This document shows positions 10,401 to 21,482 of a stretch of 64,000 nucleotides of DNA, piece after piece. The notes below the pieces were generated by a model. The model ran no database searches. It was not told the DNA's origin and saw only the letters and a list, made by a program, of their open reading frames with translations. Position 1 is the first letter of the stretch, and the number at the start of each line of letters is the position of its first letter. This stretch comes from Schizochytrium sp. TIO01 (taxonomy: Eukaryota; Protista; Bigyra: Labyrinthulomycetes): contig SMSO01000014.1 in the NCBI GenBank assembly GCA_004764695.1, positions 5,528,845-5,592,844 of the forward strand, read 5' to 3'. Made by a program: the position numbers and the translations under genes.

Positions 10401-13400
10401 TGGCTACCCTTAGTTCAACAGAAATTATCCCCATTATTTTTTACAGCGGTTACTATGCATACACAGCAAGCAATCAGATGTCGTACATGGATAGCTTCAC
10501 TGATTGTGTTTCGCGATGCTATGAAGATTACAGTAATTTAGGTCTCCCTCTCAGCTGTCACCGCACCGCATCTACATGTACCCAAGAAACAACAACCCTT
10601 GTAAGCTGTTCTGAAGAGACGCATTTTGCAGGACTCTATGCTAACGAAGCTGTTAATGTCAGCACTTTCAGTAATTCAACCACGTGTCCTATGTCGTACC
10701 CGTACTACTTCTTTGTGTTTGATTCAGATGTATATGCATGCTGTAATCGAAATGATGACGAAGCAACAGCATACGATCGCGAGGTTGGAACTTGGACTTG
10801 CTCAGGGGATGTTTACTTTTGTGATGAGTGCGTTTCTGATTTCCCCTTTGTTACATTATCCAATGTTGAGTACGATTATTGTTTGTGGGATGCACAGGAC
10901 TATCCTTGTACGGCTAACAATAATATCACAGTTAAGAATGAAGGTGTTGTTGAATCATACACAGAGCTGTATGCCAACATCTATGGCTATGCCAATACCC
11001 TGGAAGGCTGTGAGCTGTTCCGCGCTGTACGAAACGCTGCGGGCATCATAAGTACTGGGTTTACATCATGTACACTGATTGTTGAGTCGACTTGTGCTAC
11101 GATCTCTGACTTGATCGATTGCACCGAAACTGGATCTGATGGTAGTGGAGTTGTTTGGCTCGAATCTTACAGAACCAAGACTGGGACAGATGCGTATGGA
11201 TCCATGACATATTCCTTTTCTGTGCCCGTAGAAATCAATACAACGGTTCCAGGCTCAGTGTATGACAGAATCGCCCCAGTTCCAGTGAGTGCCGTCTTTA
11301 CACCTTCAGGAGATGAGATGGAAATTACCTTTGATTCTAATACCAATGAACAATTATCATCAGCTGGGGCTCTTTCTATGACTTCGTGTGGGTCAATCTT
11401 TGTCGTATCCAGTGATGATTCTACATCTAGTCTAGCGTGCTATTGGGCATCGAGTACAGCACTCAAGGTCTCTATCGATGCGAAGAGCCTTGTAAGTATT
11501 GGGGACGAGCTTTCTTTTATAGCAGGTAATGGCATTCGATCAAGTACTGGTTATTCAACGGAAGTCTCAGGAACTCTAGCAATCGAGTGGGACTCAAGCC
11601 AAAGTCCACCTACACCGGTGATCGAACTCGGCGGCGTATCCGAGGTCTCTCCTTGTGAAGGCGTGGTTTCACTTACTGGCACTATTATTGGAGGCGCTGC
11701 AGGGAGAGCACTAACGTGGAACTTGGATGTATACAGTGCCACCGATTCCTTGTCCACGAGCATATTCACAGCCACATACACAACTCCCCTCATGGAGTTT
11801 ACCTTTGATATGTCCGGCGTTGTCACTGGAGAAAGCTACATAGCAGTGGCCTCAGCCACCAACTGGCTAGGCGAAACGTCGAATAGTTCAGCATTTACTT
11901 TTTATGTTGCGACGAACGATATACCTACGATACAAATTGACAACCCTCGCTCTATTTTTGCCATACAAGGTGTTACAAAATTAACTCTCGATGCGTCCAC
12001 AAGATTTCTTTGTGGCTCTCCGTTGGCTAAATATGTATACGCATGGAGCTGGCGCCCTATCTCAGCTTCTGCGTACACTTACCTTCGCCAGGGGGCATCT
12101 AGCGCTCATTTAAAACTAGCTGCTGACACGTTTACTCCTGGTACTTATAGACTCCGGGTTACAACACAGGTTGTTGGCGATAACTCAACGATTGCAAACG
12201 ATGAGATCACTGTCACAGTTACAACTCCTGAGTATGCTTTGGTGCCTCGTGGGGGGTACTATCGCGCAATATTTGTGAATGAAGTTTTGATCGTGGACTT
12301 TTCAAGCAGTTGTGATCCAGCCGCAGCCTTGGGCTGCAGCCCTATATTTGGTGCTGTATCGGGTACCGAGGCTGCTACAACCAAATGGACAAGCTCACCA
12401 ACTGTTGAATGGATATGCACGAGGTCAGATAATGTGGGCTGTGGTCTCGAACTCCCAACAGACAACAGTTTTGTGCTAAATGTGGCTGGCAGTAGCTTAG
12501 ACGCATTACTTACTTATGAATTCTCCATCATAGTAAATGGGGCTCATACAAGCAGCGCTGTGAAAATCGATGTTCGTCCGGAATCAAGTGCAAGCTGCGA
12601 AATCGTTCCTAGAGTTGCAATTGCACCTGTAGACCCCATATTGTCTGTACCATCTGCAGGTGTTATTCTGCATGGTTCTGTATCTGGTTATACCGCTGGC
12701 GCGACTGACACAGCTGCGGTGCGGCTTCACTGGCAGCGCATAATTTTCGATGAAACTACGAATACTACTGTAGCACAATCTGCCGCCAAATATGCTGCTC
12801 GTATAAATCGTCCCCATTTGGTCTTGAGAAAATCAGCTTTAGCCCCTGGTGTCGAATATACATTTCGGCTGACCGCCATTCAGGCTTGTGCTGCCGAAGG
12901 TAACTATCCCTTTGCGCAAGTCACATTTACAGTGAACAAAGCACCAAACAGTGGCTATGCTGTAGAAGCTTATGGCCTTACAACAGGATTTGCCTATGAA
13001 ACTACTTTCACCTTTGTTGCTGTCGGTTTCAGTGATGACGATACACCCCTGACGTATTCTTTTGAGTATACTTTTGATGAGCCAACAGGGATTGTTGCTC
13101 CAGAGGACACATATACTCTTGGACCTTATAGCGCAAGCCCTACGTTACGTACATCTCTCGAATTACCAGCGGCCGCAACCGGTGTCAACAGTTCTGGTAC
13201 GATTTACATTACTGTAGTAGCGCGAGATTCACTTGGTGCGGAAAGTCATCGCACTGATTTTCTAGCCATCACGCTTCGTAACCCAATCAAGAGCCTTTCC
13301 TGGACACCATTTGTATTTGGAGAGGTCCTCCAGGCAGCAATTGCGCAAGGCTGTGATCGAAATTTCCTCTTACGAGACGCAATGTGCATGTCGTCATTGG

Positions 13401-16213
13401 CCAACGCAGCATCCAATATGGATTCCTCAAGCCTTCAAGTCTGGGCTACAACAACACGTCGGGCTGCGTTTGCTTTTCTTGAACAGTTGGACACATCTGA
13501 TCAGGACGATCCGGATCTCTTAGCCTTGCAAATTGGCGTTCTCTCTAATCTTGTAGGAGGTAACCCTGGTTCCATCGATCAAAGTTTCCAAGAGGCCAGC
13601 ATTGAGCTTTTGCGATTGTATATTCAGCAGGCAAATCAAACTTTGCAAGCCAATACTCGTGCAGACGATGACCCTACTGCTTTTGGTATCCTACCTTCTT
13701 CTGTGCAGGACAACGCTCTGGAAAGCTTGACACAAATTCTTGCTGCTGCCCGCGGAAGCCTTGCATCGTCAGCCAGGCTTTTGTCGGGGCGAGCTCGAGT
13801 GCTGTCGGACACGGCAATTTGTGAAGTTGTCAGCTTAACACGGGCTACAATTGAAGAGCTTGCTTTACTGTCCCTACAGGGTTATGTCCAGGGAGCTACT
13901 GCTCGGCAGTTCCAGTCTACTGGTATTCAAATGGCAACAGCTAGAGAAAGCACTGCGGCACTTGGTACTGGCAGTGAGGGTGGTGATGGTCTATCCTCAA
14001 TATCCTTGCCATCTGCTAAAAAGTCTGGCAAATCAGTATCTGCTGGCTCAGGTAATGCTGAAAGAACCGCACGCGGATCTTTTATCTTGCCTGCTGATAT
14101 AATTTCTGGTATGGAATTCAATGGGAGTGAACCATCTGCAATTGATCTTATCGCGGTTTCCTACGGTGTAAACATTCGATGCGAATCCATTTATGAAGTA
14201 ATTCTAATTGACTCAAACGGGAATGAGGAGCAATGTAATCTTACAGAGGAGCTTGTGCAGTATACTGGACCAGTATCTGAAATCACTGATGTTGTATCAT
14301 TGAGCTTTGTAAGCTCTACCGATTCCTCTCAGACGTACGATCCTACAGGTCTGAGTAAGCCTATTGTAATGCAACTCCCTCGAAACAACATTCTTGATAC
14401 CGATCTGTGCTCCACAGAAGTATCTAATGCAACTGAGATTGTGTGCGGCTACTATGATCCTGAACAAGACGAGTGGTCTACTGCAGGCTGTGCACTGTCT
14501 GCAAACCAGACTGATCCCGAAAATGCTGTTACGTGCGAATGCTCGCATGCATCAGACTACGCTGTGTGGCAAGCCTTTACACAGGATGTGCGCAATACAT
14601 TTTCTAATCCTATCACTGCAGTTACATCTCTTGCATTGCTCGTTTTAGGTGTGTTCTTTCCTACAATGGTGTTTGTATGGTTCATCGGTATGGCCTGGGC
14701 CCGCCGGCGCGATAAACTAGATGCAGAGTCTATCCAAAAGGGTGTAATTGGCATGATGTATCTGCGAAGAATGCAAGTGCGTGCTCAGCAACGGAAGTTT
14801 TTTGATAATATGCGGGAAATGATCCACGACGAGCAGCACGTTACAGACTTGAATTCATACAAGGTGTTTCATGGTGAAGGTAAAAGTTTATTTACTGGCA
14901 GGCCTCTTTTTAATCGCTCAGTTTGCAAGAACTTTTTCCTGGCAGTTGTCTATGAACATAGTCTCATTGGCCTGATCAAATACGATGCTCACTATAGCCG
15001 TACGCAGCGTGTGTCAGTTTTCGTAGCAATTTGTATGGGTAATGCGCTGGCTGCAGCCATTTTCTTTGAGCTGAAATCAGCATCAGATATAACATTTGGG
15101 TTTCTTGTTGCAGCTGTTCTATTGAGCTCATTGTTTGTGTCCATTCCAGTACGGATTCTCATCAAATCACTTTTTCGCGTTTCGGATTTGAAAATTGATT
15201 CAGATGGGTCTAGAGTAAGTACAGCATTTCGAGCGCTGTCTCGTATTGAGGAACGAAATGCGTCGAGTGTTGAAGAGGTGAATTTGCTGCTGTCCTACAG
15301 TCAAGTCTTCCGACTTCGTGCCCGGGAAGCAGCCCTTAAAGCTCAAATTCGTCTCGAGAAACGCGGTAAGCAACAGGTTGCACAGTTAGTAACAGAAAGT
15401 GTCTCCTCTCGGTCAGATGCTATAGTTGCTACTGTGAAGGAAGACAATGACCTAGAGGTAGCCCACATCACCCTCGAAGAACTTGCAAAGCAGCTCGCCG
15501 ATGTCCATGCCGAGCTCCATACAGCGAAGCTCCAACTCCTGGAGCGAACACAAGCTGCCAACAGAAGCTGGAAGCATATGCGAACTGAGGATGCTGTCAA
15601 GCGCATTCGCAGAATCCGTAAGCAAAAAAGTGCTCTCCTACGTGTTGCAGCGCTTATGTCAGACGAGGCTCGAACTGTTGGGAAAGCTCGGCGCCCGCTT
15701 TTAAGTTCATTTTTCGTCTATGTAGCGTGGTTTATAGTCTTTTCGTTTTATGCGTTCGCGGTATACTACATTACTCGTTTTGTACTCACACGAGTGGACA
15801 TTGCAAATTCTGATGACGAAGAAAACGAAATTATTTTGACGTGGTTAACTACTGCAGCTATGGGAGTGTTGGTCGGCTACCTTTTCGCAGAACCTGTAGT
15901 ATTCTTTATTCGCTATGCCCTACTTCCATATCTGCTCATCAAGTTCGGTCGCAATTTGTCAGCACAAGATTTCGAGAATGATGATGACGCCGCGAGTGAG
16001 GTTTCTTTCGTGCACTCCACAGAATCAGCAGCAACTGAGGTAAACTTAACAGATGGCGAGTCTGCAGTACCACCAGTGCAGCAAAAGGCACGATTCCGTA
16101 TTGATAAGTATCTATATAAGCGTCATGAAAAGAATGAAGGCAAAAAAAGAGAAGAGGGTGACAATATGATTATTTTGGAAATGGCGGCAGATTTACTTGA
16201 GGCTGGCATGTAA
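7422..16213 (+). CDS. Polycystin-1-like REJ/GAIN-GPS membrane receptor with Cys-rich ectodomain and an LNR repeat; reads across three ORFs (7422-~8042, ~8044-~9439, ~9441-16213), ~2,929 aa if joined
   Basis: Signal peptide MHGMGMLATLVLVLLFAPVRG (alternative ATG 7554). LNR-like CHPSHLGDGYCNPLCNIPECLYDGNEC (8617-8712). REJ-like segments (LAPGVEYTFRLTA, GFAYETTFTF..GFSDDDTPLTYSFEY, VVARDSLGA). GPS CGYYD..WSTAGC..VTCECSHASDYAV (14444-14566). PKD1-type EHSLIGL..YSRTQRV before TM2 and FAEPV in TM5. The three ORFs overlap at both junctions, each by +1. Confidence 0.8.
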
Positions 16214-16533
16214 CATGACGATCGCTAACTCTTCAGTTCTCAGCTTGTATTGCCTCGAAGTAGATTTGACTTATTTTTCTAATTTGATCATCTCTGAAGA
16301 CATTTGCCTTGGGGCACGACTGTCTATTCGTGTAAAGCTGAAGTAATAGTTGAAATGATTTCGTTTTGTGATTAAAAAAGAAGTTATTGTTTGTAATTCG
16401 CATCTTTGTTTGGTTTTCTCTTGCGTTATTTAGGTAATTTCGTTATAACTTATCTCACACGCATAGCTCAAGGATAAAAGGGAATACCTAGGGAGTTGAA
16501 AAGGGTATACCTTCGGAAATCAAGTTTTTGTTT

Positions 16534-16578
16534 AAAAAAAGAAAAGAAAAGAAAAGAAAAGAAAAGAAAGAAAAAAGA
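16534..16578. repeat. Purine tract containing (GAAAA)5
   Basis: Read directly, between two convergent genes. Confidence 0.85.
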
Positions 16579-16704
16579 CCCTTCCCAATACTGGCCTCCC
16601 TACAGAAAAAGTTCTTGCCCCATCTACTTGCTATTTCTTAGTTTTATTGTTGATGTAGTCCTTGTACATCTTGGTGATTGTGAAAACTGAAGAACTTTTG
16701 ACAT

Positions 16705-19700
16705 CTATGTTGCCATGACAAAGGCTTTGCGGGGCTGATCTGCTTTTGGACGCTGATGTTGAGCACCTTTACGTTTGCCACCACATAATTGCTTAAGATG
16801 ACGCTTAAAGTGAGCAGCGCTTTTGGCTTCACCGAGCTTGTCCATGAAAATTCCCTTTAGGGTTGGATTTGCTCCAGGGCGTGGGACAAGCGGATCACGA
16901 AGAGCTTCTTCGATCCAATTCCTAGCTACAACCCCATATTGGCCAAGCTCAGCACGTAGACACAACGCAATTCGCTCAATCGCCCATGCAGGCATACGCC
17001 CTCCTCCAGCGCGAAGTAAGCTGCGCGTAAAGCGGAGACCATATTGTTCAAATACGTTATCACGAATAGCGCAGAACCATGCAGTCATAGTTTGCATAGG
17101 GCGCTGAAAAACATCTTCTTGATCTCCACAACTGCCAAAGACAATCGTCCGAATTGTCTGCAGTAACTCCATTGCAAAGTCTTGATCCTGCAGCTCTTCG
17201 GCTCCCATCGCTTTTCGTAACTTCTTTTTCTTTTTGCTTGTATTAGCCTGCGACAACTGTGCATCAAGTGCTGACTCCTCAGCCTCGGTGGCAGGATCAA
17301 GCATTTGGAACACAAGTTCCGTAGTCGCACGATGAAGCTCAAACACTTTCTCTAAGGTAGCATCCTGGGGGCGAGGCTGCTCCATTCGTCGAGTTATTGT
17401 GGCACAGGAGAGCGCTGCACGGGCCAATTGCAGTGTGAGACGTAGCGCATCAGGTTCCGAGTCCATTAAGTCCTCAAGGTCCTCTACCTTGGAGAGCTGA
17501 TGGACAAGGCCAGTTACGCAATCAAAAAGGTAAATCACGAGAGTGTGATCAAGCTGCACATCCTCAGCTTGCCGCAACAGTGACACAAGAAATTTGAGAG
17601 CAAAGGCTGATGCCACGGATGATAAATCTTGGGAAATTACCGTACGAGCATCACTTACTGCAATTTTTAAATCCGCGGCATGGGCCGGCATCGCCCCCAT
17701 GCAAAAAACTGAAAGGAACGCGAACACCGACTCAAGTAATTCCTCGGAAACTTCACGTGCGAATGGTAGAGATTGATCTGCATGCATGATTTTGCGTGCC
17801 AATTCAAATGCAGGCAGGCTAACACGTACAAAATCATGGTGAGCAGCGTTATTTGCATCGATGTTGTCTGTACGCATACGGTTTGCACTTCCAATAAGAA
17901 CCATACTCAGGTGGAATCCTTGAATGACATGGGCAACATTCTGACTCTCAAGTAATTGTTGAATTGGTCCTGTCATGGCGGTCATCAGGCGGTCATCCAT
18001 TTCGGGAGCTTCGCACTTGCAATGGTATGCAAAGTAGCACAAAGTTTGTAACAGGAGGTCAATACTACGCATGCATAGATTGGTTTTTGTTGCGTCTGGT
18101 GAAGTGATTGTGATCATAGGGTCATCGTATCTTGCTCGCTTCGAAAGTATATTTGCGCAGTTTCTGGAGAAGATGTCGTGCAAATCTTGAAAGAGGAGCT
18201 TCCCTTCCAAAGAAGGCTTCCGCAGCCTTACTTCAGATAAGACCAGTGCACAACTCCTACTTGCAGTGAGCTTCGTGAGAGCTACTGTTCCCACATGATC
18301 TTCTGTCTCCCGCATGGGGAAAATAGCATCTTCCTCACAAGCGTAGAGACTTGCATGGGCACACTCTAGGAGGCGGGCTACAACCTGTGGAGAAGCTTCT
18401 CGGGCTGGAACAGACATCGCTCCTGAGAGAATCACACATGTCCGGAGCAAAGCACGGTGGACGACAGGAAGTTCAACACAGACCAATGAAGTGAGGCTCT
18501 CTAGAATTACCTGTGTATCGTCATGCCGGCACGGAATGGACTGTGCTAATGCACTCAATCCATGCAGGCCAGACTCAAGCCTCCGCCACGAGTATGGAAG
18601 TTGTCGAATCTGTTGTTGGTCGGTAATTAGGCTTCTCACCCAGCCAATAAACTCTAGCAGGGAGCTTCGATTAGCAAAAAGGACTCGAAGCAAATGACGA
18701 AACTCTTTACGAAGCATTTTGAATTCATCTCGAGCGTTGCGGTCCATCTGGCCTATGTACACTTTGTCTTCTGGAATGAGCAAGAGCTCAGAACAGTAGG
18801 TTACGACAGCTTGCTCCCAACCCTGCTTTAACTTCCGCTTTATTTCCACAGGTATTTGCTCCACGGGCGCGACGTGCTGGTAAATTTCATGACAAATATA
18901 CCAAAACTCAAAAGTAGCACTAATTACATCGAGGGGGAAATCAGTTGTCAGGCAAGACGAGACTGCGGCAATAGCATTTTCAATTTGGGCGCTTGCATTG
19001 CTGTTGTTTAGAAGGTTAGGTTCACCCAAGATCGACAGATATGCCTGGGAAGTGGCAACGATGGTGGCACATGCGTTCGCTGCTAGTTTAGTGTCCCCGT
19101 TCGGCCCCATAGTTCCGCGTAGAACATGGAGCAGTGCGCGAAGTGAAAGCCGGTTGCGCAAAGTCCAGCGGCCAGGATTGTCCTGGCGTAAGGCATTCGG
19201 GTCCTTGGTTAAGTTACTGGTGTCGCAGGTAGCCAAGGTCGCGATATGATTTACCACTTCTAATGCGGTAGATACTAAGGAAGGCCACTGCATAACTGTG
19301 TTTGTAGAAGCTAAGTGCTCGAGGAGATCAAATACGAAAGGTACGAGGGAGCTTGACGAAAGGTCGCTGACTTGGATTGCTTCAATGGCAAGCCAAGCAC
19401 TTAGACAAGAGAGAAGTGCGTCAAAAATTTGTGCATTGGCAGTCATTGACACATTACTTTCCGAGCTCGTTGCTGTGTGACATACCGATGCAAGGGCTTC
19501 TAAAATACGCGGTGACGCAGCTTGCAGTGCTGCATCTAAGGATCGTTGATTATCTCGGCCCAGCGCAATTCCCTCGTCGCCGGCGAGCTCAGCCACTACT
19601 CGCAGTATATGCAAGAGATCTCCATCTTGAAATGTCGAGAACACGCGAGGCAAGATTTCAGTGGAATCCCAAGAGCGAATGGCTAAGGCGCCATAGGCCA

Positions 19701-20151
19701 GGAACAGCTGCACGCGAACACGAGCAGCAACATCTGCATTGGCTAATGGCGGTCGAGCAAAGGCCGCCAAAGCCTCCTGCAGAAACTTCTCGATTTCTGA
19801 GAGGCCTCCATGAAGCTCCGCAGCATGACCCAGCTGCCTAGCTCGACGAGACATTCCCTGGATGGATTGGCTTGCAAAGAATATTGCTGTAGACCATACT
19901 TTATCCTGATACGCTGCAAGCTCTGGCACATATTGCGCCACAAGCTGATGTGGTGTTAGTCTAAGAACCTTGCAGCAAACTATCCACGCTTCTTGAGTTT
20001 TCACGAAATGCGTAAGATATGAGTTGAACTGCATGCGTTTATCTTCGGTCTCGCTTGGCCCGTTCTTCGAGCCTACGCCAGCGTTGAATAGGCCGTGCGT
20101 GGCCACCAGGAAGCGCCTGATCAGCTCATCTTCAGAAACCTGGGTGGTCAT
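16705..20151 (-). CDS. Importin-beta family karyopherin (transportin-3/importin-13-like, HEAT repeats), 1148 aa
   Basis: First ATG at 20151 (the ORF track starts at a TTG). IBN_N-like QEAWIVCCKVL...IFFASQSI, Xpo1-like RVQLFLAYGAL and LLSCLSAWL, ATFEFWY, WRRLESGLHGLSALA. Leu/Ala-rich helical composition throughout. Confidence 0.7.
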   Translation of the reverse strand: MTTQVSEDELIRRFLVATHGLFNAGVGSKNGPSETEDKRMQFNSYLTHFVKTQEAWIVCCKVLRLTPHQLVAQYVPELAAYQDKVWSTAIFFASQSIQGMSRRARQLGHAAELHGGLSEIEKFLQEALAAFARPPLANADVAARVRVQLFLAYGALAIRSWDSTEILPRVFSTFQDGDLLHILRVVAELAGDEGIALGRDNQRSLDAALQAASPRILEALASVCHTATSSESNVSMTANAQIFDALLSCLSAWLAIEAIQVSDLSSSSLVPFVFDLLEHLASTNTVMQWPSLVSTALEVVNHIATLATCDTSNLTKDPNALRQDNPGRWTLRNRLSLRALLHVLRGTMGPNGDTKLAANACATIVATSQAYLSILGEPNLLNNSNASAQIENAIAAVSSCLTTDFPLDVISATFEFWYICHEIYQHVAPVEQIPVEIKRKLKQGWEQAVVTYCSELLLIPEDKVYIGQMDRNARDEFKMLRKEFRHLLRVLFANRSSLLEFIGWVRSLITDQQQIRQLPYSWRRLESGLHGLSALAQSIPCRHDDTQVILESLTSLVCVELPVVHRALLRTCVILSGAMSVPAREASPQVVARLLECAHASLYACEEDAIFPMRETEDHVGTVALTKLTASRSCALVLSEVRLRKPSLEGKLLFQDLHDIFSRNCANILSKRARYDDPMITITSPDATKTNLCMRSIDLLLQTLCYFAYHCKCEAPEMDDRLMTAMTGPIQQLLESQNVAHVIQGFHLSMVLIGSANRMRTDNIDANNAAHHDFVRVSLPAFELARKIMHADQSLPFAREVSEELLESVFAFLSVFCMGAMPAHAADLKIAVSDARTVISQDLSSVASAFALKFLVSLLRQAEDVQLDHTLVIYLFDCVTGLVHQLSKVEDLEDLMDSEPDALRLTLQLARAALSCATITRRMEQPRPQDATLEKVFELHRATTELVFQMLDPATEAEESALDAQLSQANTSKKKKKLRKAMGAEELQDQDFAMELLQTIRTIVFGSCGDQEDVFQRPMQTMTAWFCAIRDNVFEQYGLRFTRSLLRAGGGRMPAWAIERIALCLRAELGQYGVVARNWIEEALRDPLVPRPGANPTLKGIFMDKLGEAKSAAHFKRHLKQLCGGKRKGAQHQRPKADQPRKAFVMAT

Positions 20152-21482
20152 GCCGCCATCCAAACGTGTGGGCGTTGGCTTCGGACTGCGAAGAGTGCCT
20201 TCTCTAGGAGAAGGGTTGTTTTGCAGCCCAGGTTTGGTAAACCCGGCACACTGGAATGTCTTGCTGCTGGCTTTCCTTGGCCGTGGAAACTCGCAAGATT
20301 ATGGGAAAAAAATGCACCTCGTAATGCACGCTTTAGAAGTAGTTTATACGCAAGAGCAAAAGTGAGTTCAAACTGTTTGCTAATGTACACTATTGGCGTA
20401 TAACCTACTTTACATTGCGAATCTCCACTCACGACGCACTACCACCTATTACTAGTACCTTTCATTGCTATATTTGCTCAAAAGTAAATAGTGCCTACTC
20501 AGATCCCGAGTTCATTTCTACCATGCCTTGTTCTAGCTAGATATTGAAACCCATGCAAACGAGCAACCTAAATGAGAATCGCTCGACGGTCCAGGTCAAG
20601 TGATTGATTCATGCAGTGAGGAAGAACTTGTACACCTACCTACTTGCCACGGAGTTTCCATAGGTACGATATCCACATCCATCACCTCGTCGTGTTTAGA
20701 GCTCGAAAAATTGGTAAATGCTCTTCATCTTACCTTAGTTTTGGAGATACTATATCGAACTTTGCCAATTACTCCAAGATCCTGGTATAAGCGCATTGTC
20801 GCCTCTACAAATGCACTATTTCCTTATACTGCAGTTTAAAGTCACATAAAACTCACTTTGGCGATGCTTATAACCTACTTGCGCCTTTTCCTCGCTGACT
20901 CTCCTCTCTTCTTTTTTTTGTGAGCGACCGACTGACGGAACTTTTTTGTATAGAAAAAATAGATTCATCGAATGATCTCGCGGAGAATTTCTATTTGCGG
21001 AAAGGCTGGCCTACTATAGGTTATAGTTTAAAATGTTGTTTGATCAGGGTTTTACTTCACTGTATGGAGGCTATATCCTACTTGGTCCCGGGTGAAAATC
21101 GCCTTATTTTTCTTTCTTTCTGGATACTGGACGAGCAGATGCGTCGCCACAGTCCGGCAACCAACTCCGTCTGCTGGTGCGCAAGGCGCGAGCGCGGAGC
21201 GGTTGGTTGAAGGGAGGCGCGGAGCTTCTAATCTCCCTTTCCCCTGGCCTCCCTGGCCTACTTGCTGCACCGCGAAGCAGCGCTCTTATCTGGATCCTCC
21301 GCAAGTGAGGCGACATTCGCCCGGTTTTCTCCTTTCGCGCACATCTTTAGACTTCTATTTTCTGCTGGAGCGAAGTAGGTAGAATTCACTTCGAAGATCT
21401 CCAAAAAGGTCCCCCAAACCTTTTCTAAGTCTCCTTAAATCCCTGCCGGCTTTTAAAAAAAGTTCTTGTTGACCCTTATAAA

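Noticed and set aside
2-16213. Dynein plus PKD1-like gene as a ciliary gene cluster
   Set aside because: Only two adjacent genes, and the other neighbours are functionally unrelated; no evidence of co-regulation.
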